Below are positions 1-6,265 of a stretch of DNA of 47,803 bases, piece by piece. The notes beneath the pieces were generated by a model that ran no database searches, was not told the DNA's origin, and saw only the letters and a list, made by a program, of their open reading frames with translations. The translations under genes and the position numbers were made by a program. Origin of the DNA: an uncultured Candidatus Saccharibacteria bacterium. GTDB taxonomy: Bacteria; Patescibacteriota; Saccharimonadia; Saccharimonadales; 2-12-FULL-41-12. How positions within the stretch are numbered: the first letter of the stretch is position 1; each line of letters opens with the position of its first letter. The DNA lies in contig CAZXTF010000002.1 of assembly GCA_964643605.1 (NCBI GenBank), forward strand, positions 11,282-59,084, read 5' to 3'.

Positions 1-154
1 CAGCAATACCCACCTTAGACTCTCGTATACGGTCCAGTATGCTTGGGTCTGCCACTGCTTGTTCAGCAGGGTTATGGATAGCCTGCATAGCTTCTGCAAC
101 CTGCGGTTGCTCTACAGGGGTTGGATATAATTCGTGCTTAATTTCTGGGGTCAT
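1..154 (-). CDS. hypothetical protein, N-terminal part only (continues past window start)
   Basis: Minus-strand ATG at 152-154 with a GGAGGTGG Shine-Dalgarno at 159-166. The frame MTPEIKHELYPTPVEQPQVAEAMQAIHNPAEQ... stays open to base 1. It is too short for the supplied ORF track. Confidence 0.55.
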   Translation of the reverse strand, partial: MTPEIKHELYPTPVEQPQVAEAMQAIHNPAEQAVADPSILDRIRESKVGIA

Positions 155-183
155 AGTACCACCTCCACTAATTTTACCGTTCT

Positions 184-212
184 ATAATACCACATATGCT
201 AATAAATTGCAA
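184..212 (-). promoter_or_regulatory. sigma70-like promoter of the 1-154 gene (TTGCAA-17-TATTAT)
   Basis: On the minus strand, -35 TTGCAA = 207-212, a 17-nt spacer, and -10 TATTAT = 184-189. Confidence 0.5.
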
Positions 213-213
213 T

Positions 214-234
214 ACCCCCCAATTTATGTTCTTA
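214..234 (+). repeat. copy A of G-tract/ATTTAT intergenic element (ACCCCCCAATTTATGTTCTTA)
   Basis: Aligns by eye with copies at 796-818 and 1494-1517. It abuts the -35 of the leftward promoter. Confidence 0.6.
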
Positions 235-256
235 TTTCCCCAAAACCTACGGTATA

Positions 257-658
257 ATGCCCTCAATGAAAAAGAAAACACAAAAAGGCAAGCTGGTTAT
301 ACCATATGGTATTCTTCCTGAAAAGCATGAGCTTGAAACAGCCAATATATTTATGGCTGTAGGTAAAGATGTAGAGTTTATCGCCCCCTCTAGAACCACC
401 AGGTCTAAAACCCCTGATGTCAAGATTGATGGCATCCTTTGGGAGATGAAAAGCCCTATGGGCAAAAGCAAAAACACCATATTTAATGCTATTAGACGAG
501 CAGTAAAACAGTCGAAATACATTATTATAGATCTGAGATTGACAAAAATAACAGATGATAAGGCTATAAAAGATCTAGAGATTAGTATCGCAAAAGTATC
601 GAGCATCAAGAAGGTTATCATTATCACCAAGACAAAGAGCATCATTGAGTTGAAATAA
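257..658 (+). CDS. small stand-alone PD-(D/E)xK-type nuclease, CdiA-CT/tRNase-toxin-like domain (tentative)
   Basis: 133-aa ORF; the ATG at 266 is an alternative start. Acidic E25/E27, then P53-D54 and E63-x-K65 (TPDVKIDGILWEMKSP), form a PD-(D/E)xK signature. The layout resembles small CdiA C-terminal tRNase domains as I recall them. The gene is AT-rich compared with its neighbours. Confidence 0.6.
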   Translation: MPSMKKKTQKGKLVIPYGILPEKHELETANIFMAVGKDVEFIAPSRTTRSKTPDVKIDGILWEMKSPMGKSKNTIFNAIRRAVKQSKYIIIDLRLTKITDDKAIKDLEISIAKVSSIKKVIIITKTKSIIELK

Positions 659-681
659 GTATTGTGCTATAGTTTTTAGAC

Positions 682-730
682 GAAAAGACGTCGGCAGTCC
701 TAGAGGACAGCCTAGCGTCTTTTCTTTTTT
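682..730 (+). terminator. rho-independent terminator after the nuclease gene
   Basis: GAAAAGACG (682-690) pairs with CGTCTTTTC (716-724). The inner helix is GGC-A-GTCC / GGAC-A-GCC with a TAGA loop, followed by TTTTTT (725-730). Confidence 0.7.
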
Positions 731-746
731 ACTATGATAAAGGCTA

Positions 747-791
747 AAGCCATTGCACGGAGCAGGATGTTCCTACCGCAAAGGCTTTTTT
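747..791 (+). terminator. second tandem terminator-like hairpin
   Basis: AAGCC (747-751) pairs with GGCTT (783-787). Inner pairs are CGG/CCG and AGGA/TCCT. A T-run follows at 786-791. Confidence 0.4.
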
Positions 792-795
792 ATTT

Positions 796-818
796 ACACC
801 CCCCGATTTATGTCCTAA
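796..818 (+). repeat. copy B of G-tract/ATTTAT element (ACACCCCCCGATTTATGTCCTAA)
   Basis: Same orientation as copies A and C. It lies between the terminators and the 3' end of the PIN gene. No -35 box is attached (AAATAA instead of TTGCRW). Confidence 0.55.
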
Positions 819-1211
819 CTACCGTACTTTTTCCACAAAAGTACTCGGGTCTATAATCTGGATTTTCTTATAACTGCCGAGTGCTAACAGCAGCTTGTCC
901 CCTGTAACTATATAGTCAGCCCTGCCAACATCGGCAGTCTCTATGATCCGGTTATCGGGGTCATCATCAATAATAGATAAATAAGGCTGAAAATACTGTA
1001 CCTCGGAACTAGATAATAACTGCTGAAGCATCGTTATCTCCAAGTCCTTGACGCCGAACTTGCTCTTCAAAATCCGACCAGTCTCCTCGATAATATACGG
1101 AGATGTCACACTTTGTGACCTTCCTGCCAAAACTTCTCTAACAACTTTTTCTGGTACGCCACCAAACAGCAGGCCAGAAATTATAACGTTTGTGTCCAAA
1201 ACCACCCGCAT
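819..1211 (-). CDS. PIN-domain toxin (VapC-like, PIN_3 type)
   Basis: MRVVLDTNVIISGL... N-terminus, acidic residues typical of PIN domains, a GDK motif near the C-terminus, and an RHH gene immediately upstream. Confidence 0.8.
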   Translation of the reverse strand: MRVVLDTNVIISGLLFGGVPEKVVREVLAGRSQSVTSPYIIEETGRILKSKFGVKDLEITMLQQLLSSSEVQYFQPYLSIIDDDPDNRIIETADVGRADYIVTGDKLLLALGSYKKIQIIDPSTFVEKVR

Positions 1212-1219
1212 ATGTTAAC

Positions 1220-1459
1220 TCAAGATCCTTTGCGAAACCCTCGGACAATATCGGCCACCTGTTTTTCGTCCAAGTCTGGCCCCGAATAAGACTTTCTGGC
1301 AGAAGACGCTATAGCTTGCCACTGCTCTAAAGTCGACATCTGCTTACGGACTGCAAGACGAATAAAATCGCTTCGATTACTGCCTTGCAGCTTGGCTTGT
1401 TTATCAATCTTCTTGACCAGCTCGTCCGGCATTGATATGTTGAATGTCTTCGTACTCAT
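1220..1459 (-). CDS. ribbon-helix-helix (CopG/Arc-type) antitoxin
   Basis: 79 aa. FNISMPDELVKKIDKQAKLQGSNRSDFIRLAV is a typical RHH strand-helix-helix. It lies 8 nt upstream of the PIN gene. Confidence 0.8.
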   Translation of the reverse strand: MSTKTFNISMPDELVKKIDKQAKLQGSNRSDFIRLAVRKQMSTLEQWQAIASSARKSYSGPDLDEKQVADIVRGFRKGS

Positions 1460-1465
1460 ACAAAC

Positions 1466-1494
1466 ATTGTATACGATTTTGTAAGACTACGCAA
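1466..1494 (-). promoter_or_regulatory. promoter of the RHH-PIN operon (TTGCGT-17-TACAAT), probably leaderless
   Basis: On the minus strand, -35 = 1489-1494 and -10 = 1466-1471. Only 6 nt separate the -10 from the A of the ATG at 1459, and there is no SD. Confidence 0.5.
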
Positions 1495-1517
1495 CACCCC
1501 ACCATTTATATTCTTAA
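1494..1517 (+). repeat. copy C of G-tract/ATTTAT element (ACACCCCACCATTTATATTCTTAA)
   Basis: Aligns with copies A and B. Like copy A, it abuts the -35 of a leftward promoter. Confidence 0.55.
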
Positions 1518-1535
1518 CATGTTACCCTGTTACAT

Positions 1536-1922
1536 ATGAAGCTTAACACTGTCCACCATATAGCAATTATTGTTTCTGACTATAAAAAGTCAAAGAGGTT
1601 TTATACTGAAATTCTTGGGTGCGAGATACTTACAGAGAACTATCGAGAAGCCCGCAATTCGTACAAACTTGATCTGGCCCTGAATGGAGAGTATCTAATT
1701 GAGCTCTTCTCTTTCCCAGAAACTCCTGCTCGAGTGTCGAACCCTGAAGCGTGTGGCCTTCGCCACTTAGCTTTTGAGGTCGATAATGTAGAAGAAGCTC
1801 TGAAAGAACTTCAGAACAAAGGTGTTGGAACTACTGAATTACAGATAGATGAATACACAGGCAAAAAGATGGCCTTCTTTTTTGATCCCGACAATCTGCC
1901 CCTAGAACTCTACGAAAAGTAA
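1536..1922 (+). CDS. VOC/glyoxalase-family metalloprotein (YaeR-like)
   Basis: HHIAIIVSDYKKSKRFYTEILG start, GLRHLAFEV and FFFDPDNLPLELYE motifs, ~128 aa. This is the typical glyoxalase/bleomycin-resistance fold family. Confidence 0.8.
   Translation: MKLNTVHHIAIIVSDYKKSKRFYTEILGCEILTENYREARNSYKLDLALNGEYLIELFSFPETPARVSNPEACGLRHLAFEVDNVEEALKELQNKGVGTTELQIDEYTGKKMAFFFDPDNLPLELYEK
1901..1922 (+). repeat. 22-nt direct repeat, copy 1 (3' end of VOC gene, encodes LELYEK-stop)
   Basis: CCTAGAACTCTACGAAAAGTAA matches 2411-2432 at 19 of 22 positions. Confidence 0.85.
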
Positions 1923-1989
1923 TAGCCAGAAAGTCTGTTGATTTTCACATCGAGCTGGCGGATAATGCAGCTATAAATAGGGGAATTTT

Positions 1990-2409
1990 ATGGAAGTACA
2001 AATTAATATGTTAGCTATAGTTTTGGCTACGCTTTCGAGCATGGTTGTTGGCTCTATATGGTATGCCCGAGGTGTATTTGGCAACACCTGGATCAAGCTG
2101 GCAAAAATAGATATGACAAAAGACGGAGGAAACGTGTGGAAGGCAATTACTACCAGTGTGGTAGTTAGCCTAATTACTGCCTATGTGCTGGCACATGTAG
2201 CCTACCTATCAAATCATTTCTTTCAAAATTCATTTTTGCAAGACTCGCTAACCACGGCCTTTTGGGTGTGGCTTGGGTTTGTAGCAGCCCGTTTTATCAC
2301 CCACGATGCTTTTGAAGGTCGCCCAAACAAGCTAACCGTTCTGAACATCTCTCACGAGTTTGTCACTATCATGGCAATGGGCCTCATCATCGGCCTCCTC
2401 GGCGCCTAG
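1990..2409 (+). CDS. DUF1761-family membrane protein
   Basis: 139 aa with four hydrophobic segments. The GSIWYARGVFGNTWIKL motif is typical of DUF1761. AGGGGA SD lies 6 nt upstream. Confidence 0.7.
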   Translation: MEVQINMLAIVLATLSSMVVGSIWYARGVFGNTWIKLAKIDMTKDGGNVWKAITTSVVVSLITAYVLAHVAYLSNHFFQNSFLQDSLTTAFWVWLGFVAARFITHDAFEGRPNKLTVLNISHEFVTIMAMGLIIGLLGA

Positions 2410-2410
2410 C

Positions 2411-2432
2411 CCTAGAACTTTACGAGAAATAA
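2411..2432 (+). repeat. 22-nt direct repeat, copy 2 (orphan relic of a VOC 3' end)
   Basis: CCTAGAACTTTACGAGAAATAA still reads LELYEK-stop. It differs from copy 1 only at three codon third positions. Confidence 0.85.
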
Positions 2433-2433
2433 A

Positions 2434-2886
2434 CTACTCGGTACGAGGACGTATACCCGTGGCAGTGTCGATCCATGTCTCTCCAGCAGGCTCACCAGAG
2501 TTTTTTGCATAGTTGTTAACCATTCGCCGAGGACCCTTGTCTCTTTCGGTTACGCTGTATATAAGCTCGAGCTCTGCCTTGTCGGGAGCATGGCTTCCCT
2601 CTTCTTCGAGTTTGGCAATTTCAAGAAGGCGTTGCTGTAGCTCACCGTACTTACTTGGACGAAGATATTCTGCTGCCAATTCTCTATTGGCAATAGGCGG
2701 TAAGGGATCATTCTCCAATCGGGTCATAGCATCTGCCGCCATTAGTAAGCGCAAGCCTTCACGTTTATCAAGCAATTCGTTTTGTTCGTCATCTGCCAAC
2801 TCAGCTGAATCTATCTGCTGATCAATCAGCCCTACTTCATTTCGAAGTATTTCCAACATGTCTGGTTGGGGTGCTTGCTCATTCAT
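2434..2886 (-). CDS. hypothetical acidic protein
   Basis: 150-aa ORF that starts 3 nt after the stop of the upstream ORF. No motif recognised. Confidence 0.6.
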   Translation of the reverse strand: MNEQAPQPDMLEILRNEVGLIDQQIDSAELADDEQNELLDKREGLRLLMAADAMTRLENDPLPPIANRELAAEYLRPSKYGELQQRLLEIAKLEEEGSHAPDKAELELIYSVTERDKGPRRMVNNYAKNSGEPAGETWIDTATGIRPRTE

Positions 2887-2889
2887 AAT

Positions 2890-3252
2890 TTACGCTGCTG
2901 GTGGCAAATCTGGCGGGGTTTTCTCTGGCCCAACCGATGGTAATTCTACAACCTGACCTTCTACAGAGGCCCGAGAACGACGGCTATCTGGCGCTATAGT
3001 CTGGCTCGATACTCCGCTAGCAGTAACTAAAGCAGTAAGCTCTTGTAGTTTTTCTTCCGAGATATTACCACCGTAGTTTGCGGGGTCGGTTGATGTATCT
3101 ACATCTTGCTGAGCAAGCGCATCTTTTACTTGGTGGACTTGGCTTGAAGATAAATCCCGGGCAAAGATCTCGTGGGCTCGAGAAACCGGTGAATCCTCTG
3201 CTGGCTGCAAGGGTGTTACGTTACTGTTTTGATCTTGTGGTGTGTTTTCCAT
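2890..3252 (-). CDS. hypothetical acidic/disordered protein
   Basis: 120-aa ORF, first gene of a two-gene unit divergent from ychF. No motif recognised. Confidence 0.55.
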   Translation of the reverse strand: MENTPQDQNSNVTPLQPAEDSPVSRAHEIFARDLSSSQVHQVKDALAQQDVDTSTDPANYGGNISEEKLQELTALVTASGVSSQTIAPDSRRSRASVEGQVVELPSVGPEKTPPDLPPAA

Positions 3253-3346
3253 AATTGTTTTTGTTTTAATTGATTATGGTTCCCATTGTACAGTAAAAGC
3301 TTATGTTTGTCAAGATACAATACTTTAATAACCTCTGTTATACTAG

Positions 3347-4432
3347 TTGGTAATGAGTTTATCTATCGGGATTGTGGGATTGCCAAATGTCGGCAAGTCT
3401 ACCCTCTTTAATGCACTAACCAAGAATAATATCCTGGCAGCGAACTATCCGTTTGCAACCATCGAACCCAACACGGGTATTGTAGGTGTGCCCGATAAAC
3501 GTCTGGCTAAACTGGCCGAGCTATACGGCAGCGAAAAGACCATTCCAGCTAGCGTAACATTTGTAGATATTGCGGGGCTGGTAAGCGGAGCAAGCCAGGG
3601 TGAAGGTTTGGGTAACCAATTTTTGGCACACATCCGCAGCTGCAACGCCATTGTGCAGGTAGTGCGAGCTTTTGCGGATAACGATGTTGTTCATGTCAGC
3701 GAAACAATAGACTCAAAGCGAGATATTGAGGTAATAAATACCGAGCTGGTGCTGGCCGACCTGCAAACTGTTGAAAAGAGGATTCCACGTCTTGAAAAAG
3801 AGGTGCGAGCTAATCCGAAAGTCAAGAATATCCTCGACGAAACATTGAAAGTAAAAAAGTTACTCGATAGCGGAACGCCTGTGTCTGCGAACACCGAGCC
3901 GATCGATACGGAGCTAATTGGCGACCTGCAGCTCATTACCGCAAAACCGATGATGTACTTGTTTAATGTAGACGAAGAGACACTGGCAAGTGAGGCTAAG
4001 CGCAAAGAACTTTCGAGCCTAGTTGCACCTGCCCAGAGCTTGTTTGTTTGCGCCAAGCTAGAAAGCGAACTTTCGGGACTGGATGAAACAGATGCTGCTG
4101 AATTGCTCGAAAGTTACGGCGTAGAGGAATCTGGCCTAGATACCCTTGCTCACGCTGCATACGACACCTTGGGTTTGCAGAGTTATCTGACCGCTGGGCC
4201 AAAAGAAGTACGAGCCTGGACTATCAAGCAAGGCGCCACAGCCCCACAGGCCGCTGGAGTGATTCATGGCGACTTTGAACGAGGATTTATCGCTGCACAA
4301 GTGGTAGATTATGATGATTTGGTTGCAGCTGGTTCTGAGGTAGCTGCCCGCAGTGCCGGAAAAATCCGCACCGAAGGCAAAGACTATTTCATGCAACCCG
4401 GTGATGTAGTCGAATTCCGTTTTAACGTGTAG
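3347..4432 (+). CDS. ychF: ribosome-binding ATPase YchF
   Basis: GIVGLPNVGKSTLFNAL P-loop, a coiled-coil insert, and the C-terminal TGS-like GDVVEFRFNV. The track start is TTG 3347; ATG 3353 is an alternative start. Confidence 0.93.
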   Translation: MVMSLSIGIVGLPNVGKSTLFNALTKNNILAANYPFATIEPNTGIVGVPDKRLAKLAELYGSEKTIPASVTFVDIAGLVSGASQGEGLGNQFLAHIRSCNAIVQVVRAFADNDVVHVSETIDSKRDIEVINTELVLADLQTVEKRIPRLEKEVRANPKVKNILDETLKVKKLLDSGTPVSANTEPIDTELIGDLQLITAKPMMYLFNVDEETLASEAKRKELSSLVAPAQSLFVCAKLESELSGLDETDAAELLESYGVEESGLDTLAHAAYDTLGLQSYLTAGPKEVRAWTIKQGATAPQAAGVIHGDFERGFIAAQVVDYDDLVAAGSEVAARSAGKIRTEGKDYFMQPGDVVEFRFNV

Positions 4433-4465
4433 TTCTGTTTAGATAAAGCACTCTGAGTAAGCTTG

Positions 4466-4601
4466 TATAATCTTCTTTTGATAAAGAAGAGATTAAGCCG
4501 AGGACTGCCTGAGGAGAGATAACGACGAGTTCCGGAGGCATAGTATACTTCTGGAACATAAAACTTAAACGGGCTGGGTTCTGCTCGGGGTGGCTTTTTT
4601 T
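4466..4601 (+). ncRNA. candidate small RNA or structured leader/3' UTR (unclassified)
   Basis: TATAAT at 4466-4471. An 8-bp hairpin joins GTTCCGGA (4529-4536) and TCTGGAAC (4550-4557). AAGCC-GAG (4495-4502) can pair with CTC...GGCTT (4584-4596), followed directly by T7 (4595-4601). It sits in a 306-nt gap. Confidence 0.3.
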
Positions 4602-4697
4602 GCCTATTTTTTGGAGCTAATGCGAAAAAGTAGGTCGATTATAAGGATGGGATGCTAATCGAAACTATTTACTGATCATAAAAACATCGGCTTTACA

Positions 4698-4726
4698 TTG
4701 TAAAGTAACTTGTTATCCCTTATACT
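4698..4726 (+). promoter_or_regulatory. promoter of ABC transporter operon (TTGTAA-17-TATACT)
   Basis: -35 = 4698-4703, -10 = 4721-4726, GGAG at 4727-4730, ATG at 4739. Confidence 0.5.
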
Positions 4727-4738
4727 GGAGCTAAGTTT

Positions 4739-5494
4739 ATGAGTGCACTCGTTGTCGAAAATCTAAAAAAGACTTATGACGACGGCAAGGTAAAAGCTCT
4801 CAAGGGAGTGAGCTTGGAGATTGCCGAGGGTTCTTTTTATGGTCTGCTCGGACCAAATGGAGCTGGTAAGTCTACCCTGATTCATAGCGTTACTGGCCTA
4901 GTGTTGCCTACCGGCGGAAATACCAAAGTTTTTGGTAAAGATGCGGTGGATGAATATCGAGAAGCTAGAGCTATGGTTGGTTTTGCCGCCCAAGAGATTA
5001 ACTTGGACTGGTTTTTAACGGTAGAGGGTACGCTGGACTACCACGGCCGCTACTTTGGCATGGACAAAAAGAGTCGAAAAGCTCGAGCTGAAAAGCTAAT
5101 GAAGATTTTTTCGCTCACGGACAAGCGAGATACTAGGACCAACTTTCTTTCTGGAGGTATGAAACGACGAGTAGTGATTGCCCGAGCCTTGATGCACGAA
5201 CCAAAACTGCTGATTTTGGATGAGCCAACCGCTGGTGTTGATGTGGAGTTGCGGCATGAGTTGTGGGAATACATGGAAAAACTAAACCGTGAAGAAGGAA
5301 CCACTATCCTTTTGACGACGCATTATATCGAAGAAGCTGAGCGGTTATGCGACAAAATCTCGCTTATTAACCAGGGTAAGTTAGTCAAAACCGGCACGGT
5401 GAGTGAGCTGAAAAAAGCCTACAAAAAGAAAACTCTGGAAGATGTGTATCTGGAGGCAATTTATAAGAAAAATAACAGGGGTAAGAAGAAATGA
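4739..5494 (+). CDS. ABC transporter ATP-binding protein (ABC-2/DrrA-type exporter)
   Basis: Walker A GPNGAGKST, signature LSGGMKRR, Walker B LLILDEPTAGVD. Confidence 0.92.
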   Translation: MSALVVENLKKTYDDGKVKALKGVSLEIAEGSFYGLLGPNGAGKSTLIHSVTGLVLPTGGNTKVFGKDAVDEYREARAMVGFAAQEINLDWFLTVEGTLDYHGRYFGMDKKSRKARAEKLMKIFSLTDKRDTRTNFLSGGMKRRVVIARALMHEPKLLILDEPTAGVDVELRHELWEYMEKLNREEGTTILLTTHYIEEAERLCDKISLINQGKLVKTGTVSELKKAYKKKTLEDVYLEAIYKKNNRGKKK

Positions 5495-6252
5495 TGGTCG
5501 GCTGGCTAGGAGTTCTGCGCCGAGAGTGTGAACGAATCTGGGTTATCAAACGCCAGACTATTGGGGCGCCACTGCTCGAGACATACCTGTACATCAGTGT
5601 GTTTGGCGCAGCTTTGGGCAGCAAGATTGATAACTTAAATGGCGTGAGCTACATTGTGTTTATTATCCCTGGGTTGGCGATGATGGCATTGGCGATGAAT
5701 GCCTTTTCTAATAATGCCTCGAGTTTGTTACAGCAAAAAATGATGCGAGCGATCGACGACCAGCTAACTTCGCCTATTTCGCATGGCGGGCTACTGGTAG
5801 CATTTACGCTTGGTGGATTTATCCGAGGGGCTATTATCTCTGGTTTAACACTTCTGACTGCAGGACTTTTGGTACACGATATGCCGTTTGCACATCCTTG
5901 GCTACTACTGCTTAGTATGACAATAATCGGTCTCTTTTTTGCTTCGTTTGGTGTTTTGATTGGCCTCAGAGCAAAGGTATTCGACAACTTGAGTTTTTAT
6001 CAGACCTTTATTATCCAGCCGCTTATCTTTTTGGGTGGCGTGTTCTACTCAACAAATCTGTTGAGCGGAGTTTTTAAGACACTAACCGAACTGAATCCAA
6101 TTTATTACATGATTAATACCGTACGATATTCGATGCTTGGCCATGCCGATGTAAACCCGGCAATTGCGCTGCCAATTATTACAGCGGTAACTCTTGCACT
6201 TATTACCTTTAACTACTATCTCTTTAAGAAGGGGCACAATCTGCGCTCTTAG
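5491..6252 (+). CDS. ABC-2 type transporter permease
   Basis: ATGA overlap with the ATPase gene. 253 aa with about 6 hydrophobic helices. Confidence 0.85.
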   Translation: MMVGWLGVLRRECERIWVIKRQTIGAPLLETYLYISVFGAALGSKIDNLNGVSYIVFIIPGLAMMALAMNAFSNNASSLLQQKMMRAIDDQLTSPISHGGLLVAFTLGGFIRGAIISGLTLLTAGLLVHDMPFAHPWLLLLSMTIIGLFFASFGVLIGLRAKVFDNLSFYQTFIIQPLIFLGGVFYSTNLLSGVFKTLTELNPIYYMINTVRYSMLGHADVNPAIALPIITAVTLALITFNYYLFKKGHNLRS

Positions 6253-6265
6253 CCAAAGTGTTTCT

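Noticed and set aside
39-257. 72-aa plus-strand ORF at the left end.
   Set aside because: It lies antisense to the SD-preceded partial gene (1-154) and runs through that gene's promoter and repeat copy A. It has no SD of its own. Its C-terminal PPIYVL peptide only reflects the repeat nucleotide sequence.
734-868. 44-codon plus-strand ORF crossing the second terminator, repeat copy B and the PIN gene 3' end (MIKAKAIARSRMFLPQRLFYLHPPIYVL...).
   Set aside because: It starts inside or after a terminator, has no SD, and overlaps the PIN gene. Its similarity to the 39-257 ORF tail is explained by the DNA repeat.
214-1517. Whether the three repeat copies are integron attC sites. TCCTAAC and TCTTAAC resemble the inverse core RYYYAAC, and a TA cassette is present.
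   Set aside because: The first base is Y rather than R. There is no paired GTTRRRY core and no long imperfect palindrome around each copy. Copy A lacks AAC, and no integrase is visible. I kept it only as a generic cassette-boundary or regulatory repeat.
4620-4658. 12-codon mini-ORF (MRKSRSIIRMGC) with GGAG 3 nt upstream, lying between the T-tract and the ABC operon. I considered it as a leader peptide.
   Set aside because: The SD spacing is too short. It lies upstream of the ABC operon's own promoter. It shows no codon enrichment pointing to a sensed amino acid or antibiotic. It is probably chance.
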